DNA of 53,751 nt from Candidatus Brocadiia bacterium (GCA_013359215.1 JABWCH010000011.1:1-53751); one strand, 5' to 3'. Shown: positions 8,690 to 17,750, numbered from the stretch's first letter. A program made the numbers and translations. The notes: a model not told the origin generated them from the letters alone.

Positions 8690-9091
8690 ATGGCTAGCTT
8701 AAATAAAGTTTATCTCATTGGTAATTTGACAAGAAAACCCGAGTTACGCTATACTCCTAGCGGTACTCCCGTAGCAGAGTTTGGATTGGCAGTCAATCGT
8801 CATTATACAACAAGTGGCGGAGAAAAAAGAAGAGACACTTGCTTTGTAGAAGTTACGGTATGGCGAAACAAAGCAGAATTATGCTACGAACATCTGGATA
8901 AAGGAAGCCCTATCTTTATTGAGGGTAGACTAGAGTTGGATACATGGGAAACCCGTAATGGAGAAAGACGAAGCAAGCTCAGAGTCGTAGCTGATAATTT
9001 GCAACTATTAAGTAAAAATGATAAAAGAAATTCTGACGACGATGCTGATATGGACTACGATGAAGTAGATGAAGAACAGAAAGAAGATTAA
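8690..9091 (+). CDS. ssb: Single-stranded DNA-binding protein
   Basis: LNKVYLIGNLTRKPELRYTPSG; start set at ATG 8690 (MASLNKV). Confidence 0.96.
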   Translation: MASLNKVYLIGNLTRKPELRYTPSGTPVAEFGLAVNRHYTTSGGEKRRDTCFVEVTVWRNKAELCYEHLDKGSPIFIEGRLELDTWETRNGERRSKLRVVADNLQLLSKNDKRNSDDDADMDYDEVDEEQKED

Positions 9092-9327
9092 ACCTCCTGA
9101 AGTAAAATCTGGCTGATATAAAAGTTGGCCTTTCAGGATAAAATTCCCTCTTTTTTTATCTTACAAATCGTAAAAAGATACTATACCCTGGTTGCTAGCA
9201 TATACAATCTCTGCAATCAAAAATTCAGGATACTATTTTTTTAAACTAGCGATTAGGATAATCATATAATTTAGAAATACTTATGAAAAGTGCATGAGTA
9301 TAGCATTTAAAGATAGGAGATTATATA

Positions 9328-9558
9328 ATGAGTAAAAAGCGATACCGAAAATATGCAGAAAAATCACGGTGTCGATTTTGCAGAGAAGGCACTGAAAATA
9401 TAGATTACAAAGATATCCAAACTCTTCAAAAACTGTGTACTTCTCAAGGAAAATTATTTTCCCGCAAAAGATCTGGGAATTGTGCCCATCATCAACGTAA
9501 AGCCAAAATAGCAATCAAAAGAGCAAGATACATGGCTTTGATGCCCTACATTGGTTAA
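9328..9558 (+). CDS. rpsR: 30S ribosomal protein S18 (Zn-binding type)
   Basis: CRFC, IDYKD, CAHHQR and AIKRARYMALMPY motifs. Confidence 0.97.
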   Translation: MSKKRYRKYAEKSRCRFCREGTENIDYKDIQTLQKLCTSQGKLFSRKRSGNCAHHQRKAKIAIKRARYMALMPYIG

Positions 9559-9645
9559 TTTTATTTATCAAACAACCTTTCTTGCGTTTTAAGGAGGATG
9601 GTTTATCCTCTTCAGCAATGAAGAAGAGGATAAATCATAGTTTTT

Positions 9646-10119
9646 ATGAAAGTTTTAGAACTATTACTCGTACAAGATGTTCCCAAGCTTGGGCGCAAAG
9701 GGGAAATTGTAAAAGTGAAAAACGGCTATGGCCGTAATTTTCTTCTCCCCAACAAGATGGCTTCGACTGTAACAAAAGAAAGTCTCAGACAGCTTGAAGT
9801 CGAGAAAAAAAGACAATTGCAGTTGGAGTTAGCCAAAAAAGAAGAACTCAAAAAGATGGCTAAGGTTCTGGAAGTCAGCACTTGCAACATTGAAATCAAA
9901 GCCAATGAAGAAGGTAAACTTTTCGGTTCTATCAGCTATGCTACTATTTCTGAAGTTTTTCAGAAAATGGGTTTCGATGTTAAAGCAGAGGATATTGAAC
10001 TAGAAGATGCCAGCAGATATCCCATCAAAGAATTAGGCATTTTCCCCATACAAATCCGTTTGCATCCTGAAATCACAGCAAAAGGTAAAGTCTGGGTCGT
10101 TCCTGAAACAGAAAGCTAA
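9646..10119 (+). CDS. rplI: 50S ribosomal protein L9
   Basis: LGRKGEIVKVKNGYGRNFLLP and GKLFGSI motifs. Confidence 0.97.
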   Translation: MKVLELLLVQDVPKLGRKGEIVKVKNGYGRNFLLPNKMASTVTKESLRQLEVEKKRQLQLELAKKEELKKMAKVLEVSTCNIEIKANEEGKLFGSISYATISEVFQKMGFDVKAEDIELEDASRYPIKELGIFPIQIRLHPEITAKGKVWVVPETES

Positions 10120-10129
10120 AGAGCCAAAA

Positions 10130-11488
10130 GTGACAAATCCCTCTGTCTCTTTACCACAAAACCTGGATGCAGAAATCGGTGTCTTGGGTGCTTTGCTGAT
10201 CGAAGAAAGCATTGCAGGAGAAGTCTTTAAACGCTTGGACAAAAGCTATTTTTCTTCTCAAGCCCATCAACTGATTTTTGAAGCTATTGGCTATTTATTT
10301 GAAAAAAGCAAACCCATTGATCCAGTATCCGTTATGGAAGAGCTTAAGCGGCAAGGGGTATTGGATCAAGTTGGTGGTCAAGAGTACCTTTTTTCCTTAA
10401 TGGGGGCTGTGTATTCTGCGGGGAACGCAATCTATTATGCTGATGTGGTCAGAGAAAAAGGGATCATGCGCAGTCTAATTGGTGCTTCCCAGCAGATTAT
10501 CGAATACACAAAATCAGAAAATATCCCTTTAGAAACTCTTTTAGACAAATCCGAACAACTCATTTTCGAAGTCACACAGAAAAAAGTCACTTCAGAGCCT
10601 GTCCATATCAATCATATTTTGATAGAGGTTGTTGCTTCTTTAGAAAAAGAAAGCACAGGGATAACAGGGCTTCCCAGTGGCTTTTATGATTTAGACCAGA
10701 TGACTTCTGGCTTACAGCCATCCAATTTGATCATTCTTGCTGCTCGCCCCAGTATGGGTAAAACCAGCTTTGCGCTCAACATCGCCTGCAATGTAGCCGT
10801 AGAACAAAACGTAGGCGTTTTGCTATTTAGTCTCGAAATGTCAAAAGAGCAATTAGCGCAGAATATGGTTTGCTCCCGCTCTAAAGTAAGTGCGCACAAA
10901 ATTACAAATGGCTCTATTAGCCAGGAAGACTATGATCAAATCACTACAGAAGCCAGCAGTATTGGAAACGCGCCTATTTTTATTGACGACACCCCTGGCC
11001 TTTCTCTAAGAGAATTGCGTGGTAAAGCAAGAAGATATAAGGCTCAATACAAAATAGGTCTCATTGTTATAGATTATATTCAATTGATGGAGTCTCCTGA
11101 GATTGCTAAAAACGAAAACAGACAGCAAGAAATTTCACAAATTTCCAGAGGGCTTAAAGGAATTGCCAGAGAGCTAAAAATCCCGATTATAGCCCTATCC
11201 CAATTGAATCGTTCTGTAGATGCCAGAGATGACCACCGCCCTAGAATGTCTGATCTGCGTGAATCGGGAGCTTTGGAGCAGGATGCAGATCTTATTATGT
11301 TTCTTTATCGGGACGATTACTACAACCACGAATCACAACACCAGGGCATGGCAGAGCTTATTGTTGCCAAGCATAGAAATGGGCCTACAGGAACAGTCAA
11401 TCTATATTTTTTCAAACAATATATGCGATTCGTTTCCTCTTCTAATCAAAAAAATACAAACGAGAACCAAAAACTAATAAACGATTAA
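10130..11488 (+). CDS. dnaB: Replicative DNA helicase
   Basis: AARPSMGKT Walker A, IDYIQL, LSQLNR and DLRESGALEQDAD; no intein. Confidence 0.98.
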   Translation: MTNPSVSLPQNLDAEIGVLGALLIEESIAGEVFKRLDKSYFSSQAHQLIFEAIGYLFEKSKPIDPVSVMEELKRQGVLDQVGGQEYLFSLMGAVYSAGNAIYYADVVREKGIMRSLIGASQQIIEYTKSENIPLETLLDKSEQLIFEVTQKKVTSEPVHINHILIEVVASLEKESTGITGLPSGFYDLDQMTSGLQPSNLIILAARPSMGKTSFALNIACNVAVEQNVGVLLFSLEMSKEQLAQNMVCSRSKVSAHKITNGSISQEDYDQITTEASSIGNAPIFIDDTPGLSLRELRGKARRYKAQYKIGLIVIDYIQLMESPEIAKNENRQQEISQISRGLKGIARELKIPIIALSQLNRSVDARDDHRPRMSDLRESGALEQDADLIMFLYRDDYYNHESQHQGMAELIVAKHRNGPTGTVNLYFFKQYMRFVSSSNQKNTNENQKLIND

Positions 11489-11551
11489 CCTATTGCCTGG
11501 CATTTATTTTTGCGTTCAAGGAATGGGCTTAACATCGAACTGGGAGCCACC

Positions 11552-13906
11552 ATGTATTTATCCTGCCAAAAATTTTTATTCTTCTTTCTCGTGCTTGTAT
11601 TTCTTAGCCTTGTAATTTTTCCACCTTCTATTTCAGCACAAGAAAAAGACAATGTAAGTAAAATTACTATCAAAGGTCTTGTAACCATTCCTGAAGATAA
11701 AGTCAAGACAAAGTTAGAAACCCAGATCAACCGACCTTTTTCTTCGCTTTCCTTAAAAAAAGACATACAAAGAATGCACGAACTCGGTTTTTTTGCTAAC
11801 CTGGAAGTGCAGGTCAACCAAACATTAGAAGGTGTGGAAATCCTTTTTATTGTCATAGAAAATCAACTCTTAGGTGAGGTAAAAATTCTAGGCAATAAAA
11901 ATATTGAAACAAGAGAAATACTTCAAAAGCTCAGAATAGCAAAAGAAAAATACTTAGCACCCTATATCCTTTCTTTAGACATAATCCAACTTAAAGAATT
12001 CTATCAAAAAAAAGGATATTTGTTTGCAGAAATCAAAACAGAAAAAAAACCTTCTGGCGGCTGGATTGATTTATATTTCATCATTGATGAAGGCCCTCAG
12101 GTGGCATTGGAAACAATCCAGTTTTTTGGCAACAAGACTTTTCAGAAAAGCGAACTTGCCAATCTGATGCAAACCAAAGAAAGCGGTTTTTTTAGCTCTG
12201 CTTATTACGATGAAGAAGTCTTTCAGGAAGATATGATTTTGCTTCGTAATTTTTACAGATCAGAAGGTTTCCTGGACGCAAGAGTCCATTTGAGGGATAT
12301 ATTTTATAGTAACAATCGCACCAGAATGGTTTTGAATATAACCATAGAAGAAGGCCCTCGCTATACAATCGAAAGCATTACTTTTAGCGACAATAAGCTT
12401 TTTTCCAAAGAAGAGTTAGAAAATCGCCTTATGCTTAAAAAAGGCGACCCATTCAAGCAAGCTGATGTTGGAAATGATAAAACACGCTTAGAGCGTATTT
12501 ATGGGGAAAATGGCTTTCTGAACATCCGCATTAACCCAGTTATATGGCTGGTGGATCTCAAAAAAACAGAAGTAGCGATTGATTACAAAATCAAAGAAGG
12601 CAGCAAAGTTTACTTGCGCAAGGTCGATGTACAGGGCAATTCTCTCACAAAAGACGATGTTATCCGAAGAGAAATGCAGATCCATCCAGGAGAGCAGTTT
12701 AATCTAGGAAAGCTGGAAAATAGCCAGATGAGGCTGCGCCGTTTACGATATTTTGAATCGCTCAAAGTAGATTTGCTGGATACAGAATTCCCCCACTGGA
12801 AAGACTTGTTGATCCAGGTAGAGGAAGGAAGAACAGGAAATCTCCGTTTTGCCGCTGGAGTCACATCCGATTTAGGTGCAGTAGGAGAAATTTCTCTTTC
12901 TAAAAGAAATTTTGATATTACCAAAGTTCCCAAAAGCTTTGCTGATTTTTTTTCAGGGGATAGCTTTACAGGAGCTGGTCAGAATCTGGACATTTTCTTC
13001 CAGGTAGGAAAGGATATGCTTCGGTTTAAAATTTCCTTTCTGGAGCCATATTTGTTTGGCTATGACTGGAGTTTGGGAACAGATTTTTTTAATACAGCCA
13101 GAGGACGAGAATCCTGGGAAGAAAATCGATTAGGCTTACAGCTTAGTATTGGAAGAAAGGTAGGACAAGATTCTATTGTAAAGCTGAGCTACCGTCTGGA
13201 AAGCGTCAATGTCGATGAGGTAGAAACCAATGCGCCCAGAGATGTTGTTGCTGTAGAAGGCAATAATCTTGTTTCTGCTATGTCTGTAGAATTTTCTCAT
13301 GATACCAGAGATGATTTTATCATGCCAACCAGAGGCTACAGCTTTGCTATATCCTGCGAAATGGGCGGAGTTCTCTTTGGTGGTGACCACTATTTCTCTA
13401 AATTGGAAACTCGTTTTTCCTGGTTTACCAGCATTTATACACTGGAAAGTGGATACAAACACGTTCTATCCATAGGCGGTCAGATCAGCATGGCAGACGA
13501 CTTCAATCCATCGGATGATGTTCCTATTTTTGAGCGGTACTTTGCTGGTGGAGCAAGTTCCATCCGCGGATTCCAGTTCCGTACAGTAAGCCCAAGAGAA
13601 AACTTCCCTGGCCTGGAAGACGATCCAATTGGTGGTAATTTTATGGTTTTAGGTACAGTAGAGTATAGTTTACCACTTTACCAAGATGTCCTTCGCCTTG
13701 TTCTCTTTTTGGACATTGGAAGCGTAACTCCCCAAGTTAGTGCTGAAATCCTGGATACCATGAGAGTTGCCGCAGGTTTTGGATTTAGAATCAAAGTCCC
13801 CTTGTTAGGCCCAAGACCCTTTGCCTTAGACTTTGGCTTCCCTATGAGAAAAGAAGACGGAGACGATACCCAAGTCTTTAGCTTTTCTTTTGGCAAGCAA
13901 TTCTAA
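11552..13906 (+). CDS. bamA: Outer membrane protein assembly factor BamA
   Basis: Signal peptide, POTRA repeats, 'SIRGF' motif, C-terminal F; start likely ATG 11552. Confidence 0.95.
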   Translation: MYLSCQKFLFFFLVLVFLSLVIFPPSISAQEKDNVSKITIKGLVTIPEDKVKTKLETQINRPFSSLSLKKDIQRMHELGFFANLEVQVNQTLEGVEILFIVIENQLLGEVKILGNKNIETREILQKLRIAKEKYLAPYILSLDIIQLKEFYQKKGYLFAEIKTEKKPSGGWIDLYFIIDEGPQVALETIQFFGNKTFQKSELANLMQTKESGFFSSAYYDEEVFQEDMILLRNFYRSEGFLDARVHLRDIFYSNNRTRMVLNITIEEGPRYTIESITFSDNKLFSKEELENRLMLKKGDPFKQADVGNDKTRLERIYGENGFLNIRINPVIWLVDLKKTEVAIDYKIKEGSKVYLRKVDVQGNSLTKDDVIRREMQIHPGEQFNLGKLENSQMRLRRLRYFESLKVDLLDTEFPHWKDLLIQVEEGRTGNLRFAAGVTSDLGAVGEISLSKRNFDITKVPKSFADFFSGDSFTGAGQNLDIFFQVGKDMLRFKISFLEPYLFGYDWSLGTDFFNTARGRESWEENRLGLQLSIGRKVGQDSIVKLSYRLESVNVDEVETNAPRDVVAVEGNNLVSAMSVEFSHDTRDDFIMPTRGYSFAISCEMGGVLFGGDHYFSKLETRFSWFTSIYTLESGYKHVLSIGGQISMADDFNPSDDVPIFERYFAGGASSIRGFQFRTVSPRENFPGLEDDPIGGNFMVLGTVEYSLPLYQDVLRLVLFLDIGSVTPQVSAEILDTMRVAAGFGFRIKVPLLGPRPFALDFGFPMRKEDGDDTQVFSFSFGKQF

Positions 13907-13935
13907 AAAATTACGATTTACCCAGGGCGTTGCCC

Positions 13936-14291
13936 CATAGCTGTCAATTTAAGATATAAGACTATGCTATTTAAAAACTTAAACCTAAAATTATGTTATC
14001 TACTCAAGGATAAGAAGAGCGTAGTGTAAGCCTTCTGTAAGGAATCAAAAACAGTACCGACTGGCAAATCAAAAAATTTTATTCGACTCTTGAGCCTGGC
14101 GCAAAAAGAAAAATGGGATACCTGTTTTTTTGATTCCTGAAAGAAGGCTTACACGGAGCGATCTCTTCATCTAAAACTCGCTTGCTGCGTTGAGTTGGAT
14201 ACAAGCTATTTTTTTAAAATACTTATAACTTAACACTCATAAGGTTTAGGTTTAGGATTTGCATAGCGTTACGCTTAAATTGACAGCTATG
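13936..14291. mobile_element. 356-bp non-autonomous IS4-family (IS231-like) MITE
   Basis: Perfect 18-bp TIRs CATAGCTGTCAATTTAAG; 11-bp target duplication GGGCGTTGCCC / GGGCGTTGCAC; no transposase. Confidence 0.85.
14017..14163. repeat. ~145-bp palindrome-ended element, family C copy 1, nested inside the MITE
   Basis: GTGTAAGCCTTCT..AGGAATCAAAAA ... TTTTTGATTCCT..AGAAGGCTTACAC; near-identical copy at 20127-20271. Confidence 0.9.
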
Positions 14292-14547
14292 GGGCGTTGC
14301 ACTGGGCTAGTATATAAAACCCTTTCAGGGTAAAGAGTTGCATCGAAAATCAGCAGCGATGACGTTCGCGCTATGATCTGGTATACAGGTCTTTCAGGCC
14401 ACGAGTTGGCAAATTCTTATCCTTTCTGTTATCTCACCCCATTTCCATACTATATCACAAAATTTGTTAGCATATCGAATTAAAAAGCCTTTAATCTTTG
14501 GCCTGAAAGGCATATATATACCAGCCCAGGGTGTTGCCCTGGGTAAT
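14292..14547. repeat. Cluster of REP-like hairpins (CCTTTCAGG / CCTGAAAGG, CCCAGGG..CCCTGGG)
   Basis: Related units at 17858-17940, 20318-20390, 24701-24720 and 53410-53447. Confidence 0.7.
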
Positions 14548-14583
14548 GAGATTATCATTATTTTGCAGGAGAGGGAAATAATC

Positions 14584-15042
14584 ATGTTTTGTAAAAATTG
14601 GATTTTATTTTGTTTTATTTTTATTTTTTTCTTGGCTTGCGAAAAAACAAAAAAATCTGAGCCTTATCATAAACTCCAGGTAGGAGAAAATACTATTTTT
14701 GCGGAAGTAGCGAATAGCAAGGAAAAAAAAATTGAAGGGCTTATGCATCGATCTTCTCTTCCCGAAAATTATGGGATGCTGTTTGTTTATGAAAAGCCAG
14801 CAAAACTTTCTTTTTGGATGAAAAACACACACATTCCTCTTTCTATTGCGTTTTTAGATGAAGAAGGAACGATTACGGAAATCATAGAAATGAAGCCTTA
14901 TGATGGGCGGCCTGACCATATTTTGCCAAGCTATACATCCCAAAAAGATGTTAAATATGCTTTAGAAATGAAGCAAGGATACTTTGCGCAAAAAAAAATT
15001 CAAGTTGGCGAAAAAATTAAAATCCCTGATTTAAAAAATTAA
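14584..15042 (+). CDS. DUF192-family putative lipoprotein
   Basis: GLMHR, GMLFVY, FWMKNTHIPLSIAF and YALEM motifs; lipobox FLAC; start at ATG 14584 after GGAG. Confidence 0.9.
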   Translation: MFCKNWILFCFIFIFFLACEKTKKSEPYHKLQVGENTIFAEVANSKEKKIEGLMHRSSLPENYGMLFVYEKPAKLSFWMKNTHIPLSIAFLDEEGTITEIIEMKPYDGRPDHILPSYTSQKDVKYALEMKQGYFAQKKIQVGEKIKIPDLKN

Positions 15043-15052
15043 AGGCAATTTT

Positions 15053-15478
15053 ATGAATAAAACCTGGCAAATTGTAATTTTTTTGGGAATATTCGGCATG
15101 CTTTTTACAATAACACAGTATATTACAACCATAAAAAGCCTGGAAGGCCAGAAAGAATTCCAGCAAGCCTCTGAGAAAATCAGAAAAGAATTCGATTTGC
15201 AAAAAGTCAATATCGTAAGATTCCAAAGGCCAGAAGAATATAGAATTATCATTACACCTAAAGTTCTTTTTCCCGAACAAGAAGCCTTAGAGAAGATGGA
15301 AAGGGTTGGTCTGTTTTTTAAAAAAAATGCTGTTCCTTTTTCTACAATCAAAATCAAAGTAGTTTGCGTAAAAGAAGTTGCTCAAGGCTGTTCTTCCAAA
15401 ACCATAAAATGGGAAAAAACAGTAGAAAATTATGAAAAAATGCCGCAAAAAATTTTCCTACAAGACCAAAAAAAATGA
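15053..15478 (+). CDS. Hypothetical membrane-anchored protein
   Basis: N-terminal hydrophobic helix; 10-nt gap upstream and ATGA overlap with rnpA. Confidence 0.65.
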   Translation: MNKTWQIVIFLGIFGMLFTITQYITTIKSLEGQKEFQQASEKIRKEFDLQKVNIVRFQRPEEYRIIITPKVLFPEQEALEKMERVGLFFKKNAVPFSTIKIKVVCVKEVAQGCSSKTIKWEKTVENYEKMPQKIFLQDQKK

Positions 15479-15822
15479 AACAATATGCCTTTTCCAAAAA
15501 ATACCGAATCCAAAAGCCCAATGAATTTTCTTATGTTTTTAGCCATGGTAAAAAATTTTACACCAAACATCTTACAGGAATCTGTGTTTCTAACGATCTT
15601 TCGTATTTTCGTTTTGGGATCAGCATTGGAAAGAAATTTGGCGATGCTAACAAAAGAAATAGATTCAAGCGGCTTTTAAGAGAATCCTTCCGAACATCGA
15701 CATTCCGATTTTTACAAGGCAAAGACCTTGTAGTTTTACCTTCACTAAAAGAAAAAATATTGGATTACCAAGTGCTGAAAGAGGAACTCAACCATATAAT
15801 GCAAGAGATGATAAAAAAATAG
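15475..15822 (+). CDS. rnpA: Ribonuclease P protein component
   Basis: 'RFGISIGKKFGDANKRNRFKRLLRE' RNR motif. Confidence 0.93.
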   Translation: MKQYAFSKKYRIQKPNEFSYVFSHGKKFYTKHLTGICVSNDLSYFRFGISIGKKFGDANKRNRFKRLLRESFRTSTFRFLQGKDLVVLPSLKEKILDYQVLKEELNHIMQEMIKK

Positions 15823-15868
15823 TCTTCATGATCCTGACATCTAAGGGATATAGGAACATGAAGACTAT
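15819..15868. terminator. 17-bp inverted repeat after rnpA (terminator or repeat hairpin)
   Basis: ATAGTCTTCATGATCCT / AGGAACATGAAGACTAT, one mismatch, followed by a T-run. Confidence 0.55.
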
Positions 15869-15880
15869 AAGATTTTTTTA

Positions 15881-15910
15881 TTGACTTTATATGTGTTTTA
15901 AAAATATAAT
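15881..15910 (+). promoter_or_regulatory. Putative sigma70 promoter
   Basis: TTGACT, 18-nt spacer, TATAAT upstream of the 15982 ORF. Confidence 0.55.
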
Positions 15911-15981
15911 CCATTCATGAATTAGAAAGACACGCTAAAGCAATAAAATTTTTAGCAAAAAAAACTTTAAGGCGGGCAAGA

Positions 15982-17154
15982 ATGAGCAAGGGAGATCATC
16001 AATTAATTAAAGCATTTCATAAACAAGTCAATATCATCGAAAGCATGATAAAATCTCATATAGAAGTATGCCCAGAGCTAGGGAAATGGGCAGAGCTAAA
16101 CGAAGAACTGGCATACCTATATAAACTTTCTAAGACTGTTGGTGAAAGAATGAGAGAGCTCGCCCTTTTCCGAGGCATGGTCATGAGCTTGCGTCAAGAA
16201 AACGCCAAGCTAAGAGCAAAAGCCAAAGAGATTCCGATGGATAAAGAATCTGTACAGAATAAAGAATCCGTACAGAATAAAAATGAGCAAGAGATAGTCG
16301 ATGAAAAGAAACAGGCGGACAAACCAGAGCAAGAAATTCCTCTTCCTTTTAGCAACAATCGTTTCAATACACAAAGGATCGACATACTCAACAAAAAAAA
16401 TCTTACCAGAAAGCAGAAAGAAGACGTTTCTTATCCTCAAGAAAAAGAAGTTGAACTTTCTGAAGCCAAGACGAATGCTATCAGTGTGACTCAAAGCCCT
16501 TATGCTCAAGCCCAAGTGACAGATAAGCAACCGATAGCACCTACACCCGCCGATACTGTCGATCCTATGGAATTGCTTGCTGAAAAGGAAAAAAACATAC
16601 GCGCTATGATGAAAAAGTATAGCCATATTACAGATACGGTTGTCCTTCCTCTAACACAACAAAACACAGATGAGCAGGAAGAGGAAGAAGATATTTTTTG
16701 GCCTAAACCAAGCAATCCCATATCATTATCATCTAAAAATGCAAGCAAAGAAACCAATAAGGATAAAAGCCAAAGCACACCAGACAATGATCTTAATATT
16801 GATTTGGTTTTGATACCTGAAGAAGTGGATGTTGCCATAAAGCTACCAACAGACGTAATCTCTACAGCAGCAACCCAAAAAATCCTGGATGAAATTTCTA
16901 TAGACGAAGAATACTTAGACGAGAAATCCGTTCTTAAACTTTTGCAAATCGAAAAAGAAGAGCTGCAACAAATGATAGAAAAAGGCGATATTCATTTTAT
17001 GCAACAAGATGGCAATATACTTTTTTCTAGCCAGGAAATCTATGATCTGCGATCTAAAACCATGGAATTAGAAACTATTATGCTAGAAAAGAAAAAAATG
17101 AAAAAGAGCATAAGCCGATTGCAAAAATTCTATCGCGATCAAGTAGATCCCTGA
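15982..17154 (+). CDS. Hypothetical protein: N-terminal coiled coil, disordered linker, C-terminal excisionase/MerR-like HTH
   Basis: 'YLDEKSVLKLLQIEKEELQQMIEKGDI....DGNILFSSQEI' fits the HTH_17 pattern; 18-bp tandem repeat (KESVQN x2). Confidence 0.65.
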   Translation: MSKGDHQLIKAFHKQVNIIESMIKSHIEVCPELGKWAELNEELAYLYKLSKTVGERMRELALFRGMVMSLRQENAKLRAKAKEIPMDKESVQNKESVQNKNEQEIVDEKKQADKPEQEIPLPFSNNRFNTQRIDILNKKNLTRKQKEDVSYPQEKEVELSEAKTNAISVTQSPYAQAQVTDKQPIAPTPADTVDPMELLAEKEKNIRAMMKKYSHITDTVVLPLTQQNTDEQEEEEDIFWPKPSNPISLSSKNASKETNKDKSQSTPDNDLNIDLVLIPEEVDVAIKLPTDVISTAATQKILDEISIDEEYLDEKSVLKLLQIEKEELQQMIEKGDIHFMQQDGNILFSSQEIYDLRSKTMELETIMLEKKKMKKSISRLQKFYRDQVDP

Positions 17155-17301
17155 TACTGTAGATTTCTCTGCTGCTGTCGTTTTTATCATACAACACTTC
17201 TGAAATTTTGTAGATTTTTTTAAACAGAATGCTAGAATGAATGTTCTAGCATTTTTCTTTTGAAAGATTTTTTCAAAAGGCATTTTGATGAGGAGCGTCT
17301 C

Positions 17302-17535
17302 ATGCCCAAAGTTTTGATTGACAAAGACAGGTGTAAAGGCTGTGAATTATGCACGAAAGCCTGCCCACAGGAAATTATCGAGATGTCTCGTAAGATCAAC
17401 GTGAAGGGCTATTTTTATGCCCAGATTGTAGACCAATCCAGATGTATTGGTTGTAGAATGTGTGCTATCACCTGTCCTGATGTAGCGATTGATGTTTATG
17501 TAAACGGTGTCCAGTACATATATTTTGATTATTAA
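17302..17535 (+). CDS. 2x[4Fe-4S] ferredoxin, 2-oxoacid oxidoreductase delta subunit
   Basis: CKGCELC...CP and CIGCRMC...CP; ATG 17302 after GAGGAG. Confidence 0.9.
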   Translation: MPKVLIDKDRCKGCELCTKACPQEIIEMSRKINVKGYFYAQIVDQSRCIGCRMCAITCPDVAIDVYVNGVQYIYFDY

Positions 17536-17576
17536 ATTAGCCTCCTTCGGAGGCAATCTTTCCCGTGCGTAAGCTG

Positions 17577-17750
17577 TAATCTTAATCCTTATCGTAATCC
17601 TTATCGTAATCGTAATCGTTATCTTCATCTTAATCATTCTCTTTATCCCTATCCTCTATGATCGTTGATAAAGATAAAGATTAAGATTACGATTAAGATA
17701 AAGATTAAGATTACGATTAAGATAAAGATTAAGATTAAGATTAAGATTAA
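17577..17750. repeat. Inverted hexamer tandem arrays: about 13 TWATCN units facing 14 GATWAM units
   Basis: Read directly; left arm 17577-17654, right arm 17667-17750. Confidence 0.9.

Noticed and set aside
14464-14583. N-terminal extension of the DUF192 ORF
   Set aside because: It is translated REP sequence; the Shine-Dalgarno and signal peptide point to ATG 14584.
17347-17637. Minus-strand ORF 'MIKMKITITITIR'
   Set aside because: Artefact of the hexamer array, and antisense to the ferredoxin gene.
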